Shown: positions 32,695 to 45,193, numbered from the stretch's first letter. The stretch: 64,000 nucleotides of DNA from an uncultured Acidimicrobiia bacterium (GCA_963802415.1 CAWDIH010000002.1:792085-856084), one strand, 5' to 3'. Translations and numbers: made by a program. The notes: generated from the sequence alone by a model not told the origin.

Positions 32695-33668
32695 TCAGGC
32701 CACGCGCGACCGCGTCCTGTCCCGCGCGTGACGATCCAGGTGAGGAAGACGAGCTCGACGAGCGTGCCGATACTCACGCCGCGCCAACGTCGGTAAACCG
32801 CTCGGCGTGACGAACCCTTCGATCAGCCCGGCGACCACAAAGCACAGCATCAGCCCGAGCACGATCACGACCGACCGCCGGCCCTCCTCGGCGAGCGCCA
32901 CGGCGCGCGGGCGATCACCGGGTGCGATGATCGCCCACCCGATGCGCAACCCGGCCGCGCCCGCGATCGTGACGCTGGTGAGCTCGAGCAGACCGTGCGG
33001 AAGGACCAGACCGAAGAACTTGCCGGCTTCCTGCGCATGCGCGAACAGTCCGCCGATGATCCCGACGTTGATCCCGTTCTGCACGAGGATCACTGCGGTG
33101 CCGAGACACAGAAGCACGCCACCGGCGAACGCGAGGAACGACACCTGGATGTTGTTGATCAACACCTGCGTCGAGAACTCGGACGCGGGCTTCGACGAGT
33201 AGTAGTCCTCGAAGCGCGACTCGAGCAATGCTTCTTGCTGTTCCTTGGGGACCGCGACGTCGAGTGCCGCGTTCCGAGTTCGCAGTCCACACGCCGAACA
33301 CGAGCATCGGGATGAACATCAGCGCTGCGGATGCGGCGACGAATCGGCGGCTGTACCAGATCGCGGCTGGAAAGGTCTCGGTGAAGAAGCGCCGCAGCCC
33401 TCGCAACGACACCGGATGGGTGCCGTACAGCGCTGCGTTGGCAGATGCGACGATGGTCGTGAGCCGCGCGGTGAGTCCGGGATCGTCGTAGTAGCTGCGC
33501 GGCGTGGGACAGCTGCGCGGCCGTTCGCTGATAGAGCGCGACGAACTCGTCGATCTCTGCCGGCGCGAGCGACCGGTTGCCCGACCGCCGGGCGCGGGCG
33601 GTGAGGTCCTCGAGCCGGCGCCACGCTCCGGCGTTGTTCACGATGAAGCGGTCGATGTCCACGGCCAT
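32695..33668 (-). pseudogene. stage II sporulation protein M-like (DUF95) membrane protein, at least three frameshifts (~33480, ~33270, ~32775); 3' end uncertain (32634-32695)
   Basis: MAVDIDRFIVNNAGAWRRLEDL...AAQ | YYDDPGLTARL...FFTETFPAAIWYSRRF...VWTANSE | AALDVAVPKEQQEALLESRFEDYYSS...GLIEGFVTPSGLPT | WRGVSIGTLVELVFLTWIV. The segments are colinear in different frames. Confidence 0.65.
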
Positions 33669-33697
33669 CTGTACGGTAGGTGACCGTGGCCGTACGC

Positions 33698-34502
33698 ATG
33701 GTCCGTCCGGAGGTGCGCGGCGTCGTCACCCCCGAAGCCGTCGTCCTCGAGTTCGAGACGGCGAGCATCCCGTCCGCGCGCTCGGCCAACTCGTCGACCT
33801 GTTCGTGCGCATCGGTCTGTTCTACGGGCTCGCGCTTTTCGCGAGCCTCGTCGGTCTCGCCGCCGGCTCGAGCGCGGTCGTCGTCATCCTGATCGTCGGG
33901 AGCTTCCTCATCCTGTTCGGCTATCCCGTCCTCTTCGAGTCGCGCTGGCAGGGCCGGACGATCGGCAAACGCATGCTCGGTCTGCGAGTCGTCACGGTGG
34001 AGGGCGCGCCGGTGGGATTCCGCCATTCGGCGATTCGTTCCATGGTGGGGGTCGTCGACTTTCTCATCCCGCCCATCGCCGTCGTGGCAACCGTGTCGGT
34101 GCTGCTGACGCCGCGCAGCCAACGACTCGGCGACCTCTTCGCCGGCACGATCGTCCTCCGCGAGCGCACGGGCGCTGCCTTTCCGGTGCCGGTTTCGTTC
34201 CCGCCGTTGCCGGGCTACGACGGCTATGCCCGCAGCCTGGACGTAGGCGGCATCACACCCGACCAGTACGGCGTGATCCGATCGTTCCTGCTTCGCGTCG
34301 GGCGGCTGTCTCCGGAGGCGCGGGCGCACATCGGCACACGCTCGCGAACGCTGTCGCCATCTCGATGCACCACACGCCCCCGGCCGGCGTGACACCGGAG
34401 GCCTTCCTGGTCTCGGTGGCAGCGGCGTACCAGCTGCGACTCGGTGGCCCTCCCGTGCCGCTGCCGCCGTGGGTACCGGCGTGGGGTGCTCAGACTCGTT
34501 AG
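33698..34502 (+). pseudogene. RDD-family membrane protein, two frameshifts (~33770, ~34335)
   Basis: MVRPEVRGVVTPEAVVLEFETASIPS | RALGQLVDLFVRIGLF...WQGRTIGKRMLGLRVV...LFAGTIVLRER... | LANAVAISMHHTPPAGVTPEAF...*. Confidence 0.7.
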
Positions 34503-34523
34503 CAGCTCCAGGCCCCCGTAGCC

Positions 34524-35668
34524 TTGGCGGCCGTGAGCACGCAGCGCTTCGTCTATCTCGACCACGCGGCGAGCACGCCCGTGCGCCCCGAAGCTGTCGA
34601 GGCGATGCTGCCCTACCTCACAGACTCCTACGGCAACCCCTCAGGCGCGCACGCGATGGCGCGCGCTGCCGCGAGACGCCATCGACGACGTCCGCGTCGT
34701 GATGGCCGACGCGCTCGGGTTGCCGGCCGGGCGAGATCGTGTTCACCAGCGGCGGCACGGAGTCCGACAACACCGCGGTCTTCGGCTTCGCCGAGCGCGG
34801 CACGGTGGTGTGCTCCGCCGTCGAGCATCACGCCGTGCTCGATCCGGTGCACCGCCTCGGCGGCCGAGTCGTCGACGTCGGCCCGACGGCGTCATCGATC
34901 TCGGCGCCTTGGCTGCAATGCTCGACGAATCAGTGTCGCTCGTGTCGGTGATGCTCGCCAACAACGAGATCGGCACGATCCAGCCGCTGGCGGACGTCGC
35001 CGAGGTCGCTCGCGATCTTGCGCCCAGCGCGGTGTTGCACACGGACGCGGTCCAGGCGTTTCCGTGGCTCGACGTCGCCTCGTTGGCAGCGCCCGCCGAC
35101 GTGATCTCGATCAGTGCCCACAAGTTCGGCGGCCCGAAGGGGGTCGGCGTGCTCGTCGTGCGCGACGGAGTCGACCTCGTTCCGCGCCAGGTCGGTGGTG
35201 GACAGGAGCGGGAACGACGGAGCGGGACGCAGAACGTCGCCGGCATCGTCGCGATGGGTGTCGCGGCGCGGCTCACCGCGGAGGAGCGGAAGGACGTCGT
35301 GGATCGGATCGAGCCCCGCCGTGATCGTCTCGCCGACGGTCTGCTCGCGTCGATCGACCGCGCCTACGAGAGCGGCGATCGGACGACGCAAGATCGCCGG
35401 CAACTGCCACGTGTGCTTCGACGACATCGAGAGCGAGGCGCTGCTCTACCTGCTCGAGCAGGCAGGGATCATTGCGTCGGCCGCGTCGTCGTGCGCAAGC
35501 GGTGCGCAGGATCCGTCCCATGTGCTCGCGGCCATCGGGCTGTCGCGTTCGCTCGCGGGTGGGTCGTTGCGCTTGTCATTGGGCGCGACGACGACGGACG
35601 AGGACGTCGACCGGGCCCTCGGCCTGTTGCCCGACGCGGTGGCGCGGCTGCGTCTGCTCGGCTCGTGA
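34524..35668 (+). pseudogene. iscS: cysteine desulfurase (IscS/NifS family), four frameshifts (~34672, ~34730, ~34885, ~35385)
   Basis: FVYLDHAASTP...NPSGAHAMARAA | RDAIDDVRVVMADALG | IVFTSGGTESDN... | ...SISAHKFGGPKGVG (PLP Lys)...RSGTQNV... | ...ASSCASGAQDPSHVL (active-site Cys). Confidence 0.8.
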
Positions 35669-35683
35669 TAAGTTCTCGTCGCG

Positions 35684-36735
35684 ATGTCCGGCGGGGTCGA
35701 CTCATCGGTCGCGGCTGCCCTGCTGCGCGACGCCGGACACGACGTCATGGGCGTGACCATGAAGCTGTGGGGAGGCGAGTCCGACACAGGGTGTTGCTCC
35801 GTGAGCGACGTCGACGATGCTCGTCGCGTCGCTCGCAGCGGTTGGGCATCGACCATCACGTGTTCAATTTCGGTGATCGATTCACAGCTGACGTGATCGG
35901 GCCGTACGTCGCGGCGCATGCGACGGGCGACACACCCAATCCGTGCATCGAATGCAACCGGCATCTGAAGTTCGACAAGCTGCTGCGTCGAGCGCGCGCC
36001 CTGCGATTCGATGCCATCGCGACCGGCCATCACGCGCGTGTGGTCGAGCGCGAGGACGGGTCACGACGAATCGCTCGTGGCGTCGACACCGGGAAGGACC
36101 AGAGCTACGTCCTCTACATGCTGGACCAGTCGCAACTGGCGGCCACGCTCCTCCCCGTCGGTGAACTGACGAAGGCAAGTGTGCGGTCGATCGCAGACCG
36201 GCTGGAGCTGCCGAACGCGGCCAAGCCCGACAGCCAGGACGTGTGCTTCATCACGTCGTCACTCGGCCGCAGCGGGTTCCTCCACGATCGCCTGGCGTTC
36301 ACGCCCGCCAAGGTCGTCGACCGCGCCGGGCACGACGTGGGCCATGTCGACGCGGTCGAGCTCGTTACCGTCGGCCAGCGAAAGGGCCTCGGGCTCCGGG
36401 GTGGCGACGGGACGCCGCAGTACATCGTGGACGTCGACGTCGCCGAGGGCACCGTGACGGTCGGCGACGCGTCCGCTTTGCTCGAGCCGGCCACCACGTT
36501 GCGGGAGATGACCTGCGCAGGCGATGAGCTCGCAGGACCCTTGCTCGCACAGTGCAGCGCGCACGGTCCTGCACTCGCCGCCACCTTTGATCCGTCGACG
36601 TCGACGGTGGCTTGGCATGAACCCCATCGACGCGTCGCGCCGGGACAGGCCGTGGTCTTCTATGACGGCGAGGAGGTGCTCGGCGGGGGGTTGGCCGTCA
36701 GCCGCGCGGGAGCCCGCGCTCGCCTGCTTCGCTGA
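35684..36735 (+). pseudogene. mnmA: tRNA 2-thiouridine(34) synthase MnmA, frameshift ~35835 and probable 1-nt insertion at the 5' end
   Basis: [14 protein letters not shown] (PP-loop) ...[14 protein letters not shown] | [12 protein letters not shown]...PNPCIECNRHLKF...KDQSYVL. Upstream reads gtgaTaa gtt ctc gtc gcg atg; without the T it would encode [13 protein letters not shown]. Confidence 0.85.
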
Positions 36736-37585
36736 GCAACGCCCCCGGACGTGCGGGCGTGAACAGCACACGGTTGGTGTCGATGGTGCGGCTCTGGTTC
36801 CGTCGTTCGACGAGTCCCATGGTGGCCTTGGTCCGCAGGCTCAGTTCGAGCACGAGCCCGAGCGCGCGGCCCGTCAAGTCGGTCGCCACGCGCTCGGCAT
36901 CAGCCGGCGCGGGCCCGAGCGACCGCACGTCCCCGCGGAGGAACAGCACGGGATCGGCCAGGCTCAGCGGGTCGTGCAGCACCAGCCCGACGCGTACGAA
37001 CACGACCCACCGGCGCGACAACTGGTGCAGTGAGCGCAGCGCGGGAACCACCAACGCCGCGCCCAGAACGAGCGCGATCGCACCCGGCACCCATGCGCGC
37101 GCAGCGAGCAACAACGGCCCCGCCGCGACGCCGCCCACGACGACCGCCCATGCGAGCTCGACCGGACCAAGGAGCAGCGGCGTGGGGGTGCGCAACGCCA
37201 TGCGCTTCTCGGGCCCGTAGGACGAGCCGTCGACGAACAGATCCGTCACGACCGGCACGAACAGCACGACAGCGGCGAGCAGGGCGGTCCAGCCGATCGC
37301 TACCACCTCGGACACGCCCACGTCGCCGCCCCGGGCCGTGGCCCATATGGATGCAGCCAGCGCGGCCGGGGCGCCGATCCGCAGGGCGGTCAAGCTCACG
37401 GTGCGGGGGACGAGCACAGCGACGGCCACGCCACCCCAGGCCAGCCACGCCAGGATCGACGCGACCACTTGCACCGCGGTGCTGGCATCCTGCAGACCGC
37501 GCGCCAGTGCCGGCCCCACCGTGAGCGGCAGGGCGAACCAGGCGACGCGGACGGCCAGCAACACGGACGGAGACTCTGACACCAA
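36698..37585 (-). CDS. hypothetical integral membrane protein
   Basis: Intact 295-aa ORF with several hydrophobic helices in the N-terminal two thirds. TTG 37585 or GTG 37582 start. The 3' end overlaps mnmA convergently by 38 nt. Confidence 0.5.
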   Translation of the reverse strand: MVSESPSVLLAVRVAWFALPLTVGPALARGLQDASTAVQVVASILAWLAWGGVAVAVLVPRTVSLTALRIGAPAALAASIWATARGGDVGVSEVVAIGWTALLAAVVLFVPVVTDLFVDGSSYGPEKRMALRTPTPLLLGPVELAWAVVVGGVAAGPLLLAARAWVPGAIALVLGAALVVPALRSLHQLSRRWVVFVRVGLVLHDPLSLADPVLFLRGDVRSLGPAPADAERVATDLTGRALGLVLELSLRTKATMGLVERRNQSRTIDTNRVLFTPARPGALLSEAGERGLPRG

Positions 37586-37638
37586 TGTTGGATGGAAGTG
37601 GGCGCTATGGCGCCCGTTTCACCCCGGAGTTCGAAGGG
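37584..37638 (+). repeat. Interspersed hairpin repeat, family R3, copy b (55 bp)
   Basis: aatgttggatggaagtgggcgctatggcgcccgtttcaccccggagttcgaaggg. An 11-bp stem is possible (with two G-U pairs) around loop tatg. It lies in the divergent gap upstream of ligA. Confidence 0.75.
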
Positions 37639-37649
37639 TTGGCCGGTAG

Positions 37650-39763
<2,114 letters not shown>

Positions 39764-39770
39764 ACGCGGA

Positions 39771-40227
39771 TCAGGTCACGTTGAAGCACCAGCGGACCGG
39801 CGGGACGGCTTCGTTCGTGCCGTCGACGTCGGAAGATGTCCGCCTGCACGCAGTTCCGGCCCGAAGGAAGCTTCTCGAAGACCTTCCCGGTACCTGGGGT
39901 GAACACCACCTGGCTCAGCTCGGGGTGCTTCTGCAGCTGACCGTCGGGCACCACGACACCGTTGACGGCGAGATGGGCGTCGTACGGCGACGCGAGGTCG
40001 ATCTCGATCTGCGCCTGCGACAGCACGTTGCTGCCGTCGGGCGGCGCCAGCAGTTGCACGACGTTCGGCGAGCCGGTGATCGTGAACTCCTCGTCGCCGC
40101 GGCGGGTGTGCGCCACCGCAACGGCGAAGCCGATGATGCACGCGATCACGACGAGGGTGATCGCGATCCGCCTGATGAGGACGGTCCGGGGGTTCTCGAG
40201 CGGTGGTCGTGGCGAGGTGGTGGTCAT
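39771..40227 (-). pseudogene. membrane-anchored hypothetical protein, one frameshift ~39835
   Basis: N-terminal TM helix (IRRIAITLVVIACIIGFAVAV). After ...NCVQADIF the adjacent frame gives DVDGTNEAVPPVRWCFNVT* ending at 39771. The uninterrupted ORF instead reads through into repeat R2a. Confidence 0.5.
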
Positions 40228-40306
40228 GGCGACGTCTCGCCGTCATCCTCGCACGGACGCACCCGGTTCCCCAGTGCACGTGCACACCGGCAGTACCCTC
40301 GAACGG

Positions 40307-42258
40307 ATGGTCGTCTCGCGGATGACCGACCAAGTCGGTCGGGTGCTGGGCGGTCGGTACCGGTTGATCGCACCGATCGGGTCCGGTGCGTCCGCTCTCG
40401 TCTTCCTCGCCGACGACACGCGGCTGCGCCGGCGCGTGTCGCGGTCAAGGTCCTGCACCACGGGCTCGCCGACGACGAGGCCTTCTTGCGTCGCTTCCGC
40501 GCCGAGGCCCACTCGGCGGCCGCGCTCAACCACCCGAACGTGCTCGCCGTCTACGACTGGGGCGAGGACGACGGCGAGCCGTATCTCGTCACCGAATACC
40601 TGGATGGCGGCAGCCTCCGTGGGATGCTCGACGCCGGCAGGCGGTTGTCCGTGTCACAGGTGTTGGTCGTCGGACTCGAAGCAACCCGCGCCCTCGACTA
40701 CGCGCACAAGCGCGGCTTCATCCACCGGGACATCAAGCCGGCGAACTTGCTCTTCGGTGAGGAAGGACGTCTTCGCATCGGGGACTTCGGACTGGCACAC
40801 GCGCTGGCGGAAGCGGCGTGGACCGAGCCGGCGGGAGCAATGATCGGCACCGCCCGCTACGCCGCTCCGGAACAGGCGCGGGGTCAGATCGTGGACGGCA
40901 AGGGCGACGTCTACTCCCTCGGGCTCGTGCTGATCGAAGCGGTGACCGGCCGCGTGCCCTTCACGGCGGACACGACGATCGCCACGCTGATGGGTCGCGT
41001 CGACACGCCTGTGGACGTGCCCGAGGCACTAGGCCCGTTGCAGACCGTGCTCGAGCGGGCCGGCCGGCCCGATCCCTCCGAGCGCCCCGATGCGGGCCAG
41101 CTCGCAGTCCGATTGCTGGCGGCCTCCCAGCAGCTCGATCGTCCCGAGCCTCTGCCCCTGGTCGGCGCCACCGCGACCGCGAGCGACCTCGCAGTGGTCG
41201 ACCGGGATCCGACGGATCTGCCGCTGACGCGCACCGACGAGGCCACCGTGGACGCCGAAGCGGTCGCCGAGACCACGGCAGAGACCGCAACCGAGACCGA
41301 GACCGAGATCGGATCCTCCTCCGGCGAGGCCGCAGAAGCCGACGCGCCGCCCCGCAAGCGGCGGCGACGCTGGCTCGTCGCGTTGGTCGTCGTGCTCGCC
41401 GTCCTCGCGCTCGGTTCAGGTGCCGCGTTCGTGTGGGTCAAGCTGCGCGTACCAACGCACGAGGTGCCCACGTTGGTCGGGCTCACCGAGCAACAAGCGC
41501 GCGGGCAGGCGCAGGCCAACCACTGGAAGATCCAAAAGCTCGACGGTCGCCAGGACGGTTCCGTCATCGGCAACGTGATCGGCCAAGATCCCGCAGCAGG
41601 CAAGTCGCTCGCCGAGGACAAGACCGTCACGATCACGGTGTCCCTCGGCAACACGTTGGTCGCCGTGCCGGGCGATCTCGCCGGCAAGCCCGTTGCCGAC
41701 GCCGCGGCGGAGTTGCAGGCGATCTCTCTCGATCTCGGCGCACAGACGCCGCAGCACGACGAGTCCGTCCCGGCGGGGACGATCGTCGCAGTCGATCCAG
41801 CGACGCCACCACAGTTGCCGAAGGGCGAGAAAGTCAACGTCACCGTGTCCGACGGTCCCGCGCCGCGGACCGTCCCGCAGCTCGCGTCGACGATGTCGTT
41901 CCAGCAGGCGTCACAAGCCCTCGCCGCGGTCCAACTCGACGGCGTGCAGAGCGACAGCATCAACCAGTTCAGCGACACCGTCCCAGCGGGCCAGATCATC
42001 GGGACCGACCCGCCCGCCGGTACCCACGTGCCGCGCGACTCCAAGGTGAGGGTGATCTTCTCCAAGGGCCCGCAGCCGATTCCGATCCCGGACGTGCGCA
42101 CGAAGTCGGTGGCCGACGCGACCGCCACCCTCCAAGCAGCGGGCTTCCCTGTCGTCGCCGTGACCGGCAGCCCGAGCAATCCCGTCTTGTTCACCGACCC
42201 GCCGCCGAACGAGCCGCACCTGAAGGGAACGGGGGTCACGCTCCTCACCCGGGGTTAG
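40307..42258 (+). pseudogene. Ser/Thr protein kinase with four PASTA domains (PknB-like), one frameshift ~40435
   Basis: GRYRLIAPIGSGASALVFLADDTRLRRRV | AVKVLH...HRDIKPANLL...DFGLA...GTARYAAPEQ. Then a TM helix WLVALVVVLAVLALG and four PASTA-like repeats. Confidence 0.85.
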
Positions 42259-42279
42259 CCGAACCCGTAGTGTGCGCAC

Positions 42280-43155
42280 ATGGGAGCGCTGGAGGGTCGA
42301 GTAGCCATCATCACGGGCGCCGGGCGCGGCATCGGTCGCGAGCACGCGCTGCTGTTCGCGGCGGAGGGCGCCAAGGTGGTGGTGAACGACCTCGGTGGCG
42401 CGCCCGACGGCGGAGGCAGCGACCGCACCGCGGCCGGGAACGTCGTCGAGGAGATCACCGCGATGGGCGGTGAGGCACTCGCCAACGCCGACGATGTGGC
42501 GGACTGGGAGGGCGGCCAGCGCCTGATCAACGCCGCGATCGAGTCTTTCGGGCGGCTCGACGTGCTCGTCAACAACGCCGGCATCCTGCGAGACCGTGTG
42601 CTCGTGAACATGACCGAGAACGAGTGGGACGACGTGATCAAGGTCCACCTCAAGGGTCACTTCGTCCCGACGCGTTGGGCAGCCACGTACTGGCGCGAGC
42701 AGGCGAAGGCCGGGGTCGAGGTGAAGGCGAACATCGTCAACACGTCGTCGACCTCGGGACTGATCGGCAATCCCGGCCAGACGAACTACGGGGCGGCCAA
42801 GGCGGGCATCGGTGCGTTCTCGTCGATCTGCTCGCAGGAGCTCTCCCGCTACGGCGTCCGCTCCAACTGCATCTCGCCGGCCGCTCGCACCCGCCTCACC
42901 GAAGCCACCCCGGGACTGGGCGACGTGGTCAAGCCGCCCGCCGACGAGGCCGTCTTCGACATCTGGGACCCGGCCAACATCTCGCCTCTCGTCGCCTACC
43001 TCGCGACCGAGGACTGCCCGTTCAGCGGAGCCACGTTCTACGTCCAGGGCGGACGAGTGAATCGCATGCTCGGATGGCGGATGGACGATGGCCTCGAGCT
43101 CGACCACCGGTGGTCGGTGAAGGAGCTGGCCGAGCAGCTGCCGTCGCTGCTGTGA
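42280..43155 (+). CDS. SDR-family oxidoreductase (Hsd4A / MFE-2 N-terminal-like)
   Basis: Intact 291 aa. TGAGRGIGREHALLFAAEGAKVVVNDLGG, NNAGILRD, YGAAKAG. Confidence 0.85.
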   Translation: MGALEGRVAIITGAGRGIGREHALLFAAEGAKVVVNDLGGAPDGGGSDRTAAGNVVEEITAMGGEALANADDVADWEGGQRLINAAIESFGRLDVLVNNAGILRDRVLVNMTENEWDDVIKVHLKGHFVPTRWAATYWREQAKAGVEVKANIVNTSSTSGLIGNPGQTNYGAAKAGIGAFSSICSQELSRYGVRSNCISPAARTRLTEATPGLGDVVKPPADEAVFDIWDPANISPLVAYLATEDCPFSGATFYVQGGRVNRMLGWRMDDGLELDHRWSVKELAEQLPSLL

Positions 43156-43165
43156 CGATTGACCG

Positions 43166-43194
43166 TTGACCCGGCGGCGGTCTCGCCGTAGGGT
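43166..43194 (+). promoter_or_regulatory. candidate sigma-70-type promoter: -35 TTGACC, 17-nt spacer, -10 TAGGGT
   Basis: ttgacc (43166-43171) - cggcggcggtctcgccg - tagggt (43189-43194), about 75 nt upstream of the oxygenase ATG. Confidence 0.45.
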
Positions 43195-43205
43195 GCAATC
43201 ATCTG

Positions 43206-43232
43206 ATTCGGACTGTTGGGTACTGTCCGAAT
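43206..43232 (+). promoter_or_regulatory. candidate operator: 8-bp inverted repeat ATTCGGAC-N11-GTCCGAAT
   Basis: Perfect arms at 43206-43213 and 43225-43232, starting 12 nt downstream of the predicted -10. Confidence 0.4.
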
Positions 43233-43269
43233 GAAATTCGAGCGCCGATCAAGTCGCAGGGGGTACGCG

Positions 43270-44608
43270 ATGAACCGTTATCTCGAGGGCAACTACGCAC
43301 CGGTGACCGAGGAGGTCACGGAGACCGAACTGGCGGTCACGGGTGCACTGCCTGCCTGGCTCGAAGGCCGTTATCTCCGCAACGGACCGAACCCGATCTC
43401 GGCTGATCCGGCGACCTACCACTGGTTCACCGGTGACGGCATGGTCCACGGTGTCCGCCTGCGCGACGGCCGGGCGGAGTGGTATCGCAACCGGTGGGTC
43501 CGCAACGAGTCGGTCGCCGACGCGCTCGGGCGACGCGTGGAAGGGCGGACCCGTCCATGGCGGGTTCGACTTCGCGGCGAACACCAACGTCATCGGTCAC
43601 GCAGGCCGCACCTTCGCCATCGTCGAGGCCGGGTCACGGCCGTACGAGCTCACCGACGAGCTCGAGACGCTGGGCGTGTGCGACTTCGACGGCACCCTGC
43701 CCGGTGGTTACACCGCCCACCCGAAGCGCGACCCGGCGACGGGCGAGTTGCACGCCGTGTCGTACTTCTTCGGCTGGGGCAACAAGGTCCAGTACTCCGT
43801 GATCGATCGCGAAGGGCGCGTCCGCCGCACCGTCGACGTCGAGCTCGGCGCCAGCCCGATGCTGCACGACATGTCGCTCACGGAGCGCTACGCCGTGATC
43901 TACGACCTGCCTGTGACGTTCCAGATGGACCTCGCGGCGTCTGGCCTGAACTTTCCCTATGCGTGGGATCCCGAGTACCAAGCGCGTGTCGGGCTGCTCC
44001 CGAGGGAAGGCAGCGCGGAGGACGTCCGCTGGTTCGAGGTCGAGCAGTGCTACGTGTTCCATCCGCTCAATGCCTACGACGACGGCGACCGAGTCGTGCT
44101 CGACGTCGTTCGCCATCCCCGCATGTTCGACCGGAACCGTCTCGGACCGGACGAGGGCCGGCCGACGCTGGAGCGGTGGACGGTCGACCTCGTCGCGGGG
44201 AAGATCCTCGAGGAACGGCTGGACGATCGGGGGCAGGAGTTCCCGCGGGTGGACGAGCGGCGGATCAGCCGCCGCCACCGATTCGGCTACAGCGTCGCCG
44301 TGGTCGAAGACGACGAGGACCATCTCGACTTCGGCGCCAATGCCGTGCTCAAGCACGACCTGGTGGCCGGGACGTCCCAGGCACGGGAGTTCCGCAACGG
44401 CGCCGCCGCAGAGTTCGTGATGGTGCCGTCCTCACCGGAGGCCGCCGAGGACGAAGGCGTGCTCATGGGCTTCGTGTACGACCGCGGGCGCGACGCCTCC
44501 GACCTCGTCCTGCTCGACGCCGCCACGTTGGAGGACGTCGCCTCCGTCCATCTGCCCGTGCGGGTGCCGTACGGCTTCCATGGCAATTGGGTGCCATCGA
44601 CCGGATGA
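43270..44608 (+). pseudogene. carotenoid cleavage oxygenase family (CCD/RPE65-like) dioxygenase, one frameshift ~43530
   Basis: MNRYLEGNYAPVTEEVTE...HWFTGDGMVHGVRLRDGRAEWYRNRWV in one frame. ...FAANTNVIGHAGR...HDMSLTERY...FHPLNAY...YGFHGNWV (His ligand contexts) follow in the frame of ORF 43343..44608. Confidence 0.8.
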
Positions 44609-44612
44609 CGCG

Positions 44613-44631
44613 ATCACCTCGATGAGGTGAT
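44613..44631 (+). terminator. 8-bp stem hairpin after the oxygenase stop
   Basis: atcacctc-gat-gaggtgat starts 5 nt after TGA 44606-44608. Confidence 0.3.
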
Positions 44632-44780
44632 GTTGGCCATGCCTGTACGGAACGTACTGCTCCGTGTAAACTGGTCGAAACAAGATCCACAGGGTCCGCT
44701 GGGGCGGTCCTGCTGGACGCGGTGTTCCCCAGCCGCCGCGATGAGGCAGCCGCCCCAGCCGACTCTGCGGGTGTGCTGCG

Positions 44781-45193
44781 TTACTCGGTTATTTCCTTGA
44801 TGCGCTGGGCCACCTGCTGTGCGGTGGGATCGGGCGGCGCCGACTGCATGGCCATGAGCTTGGTCATGTCGCCCTGGACCTTGATCTTGCCGGCCATGAA
44901 GGCCTGCATCCCGGCCTGAGGGTTCTGGTCGACGAAGATGGCCTTCGCGGTCGTGTAGTCGACGGTGACGGTGAGGTCCTCGACCGTCGTGTGGCCGAGG
45001 TCCATCTTCGAGCTCGCCCTCGGAGGTGTCCATGTGGGCGTTGATGTCGCCGTCGGCCGACACCTCGGGCACCTCGGTGATGACCATGGTTCATCTTGAC
45101 CTTGTGAGCCGGTGGCGCTGCCTGCCTCGACCGTCCCGGATCTTCTTCGGCCGCGGCCACCCACTCGTCGGACAGGAACTTGTACTTCGCCAC
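44781..45193 (-). pseudogene. SCP2 sterol-binding-domain protein, at least two frameshifts (~45085, ~45005)
   Basis: MAKYKFLSDEWVAAAEE... | MVITEVPEVSADGDINAHMDTSEGELE | MDLGHTTVEDLTVTVDYTTAKAIFVDQNPQAGMQAFMAGKIKVQGDMTKLMAMQ...* lie in three frames. Confidence 0.7.

Noticed and set aside
37618-37640. A tRNA-like T-loop string (ggagttcgaaggg) inside repeat family R3, also at 22282-22300 in reverse.
   Set aside because: The flanks do not form a T-stem, acceptor stem or 7-nt anticodon loop. The central hairpin has a 4-nt loop. No cloverleaf can be drawn, so this is not a tRNA or tRNA fragment I can support.
40274-40285. 12-nt perfect palindrome GTGCACGTGCAC in the divergent gap upstream of the PASTA kinase, and TGTGCGCACA at 42271-42280 overlapping the SDR start codon.
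   Set aside because: These are short self-complementary GC-rich strings that occur once each. No matching motifs lie near other genes here. They are recorded only as possible operators.
44639-44700. A lower-GC stretch in the 172-nt convergent gap after the carotenoid oxygenase gene; a possible small RNA or degenerate R2 copy.
   Set aside because: Similarity to R2 needs two 1-nt gaps and a 21-nt insertion. I found no convincing stable structure, promoter or terminator. It is mentioned under R2 as tentative only.
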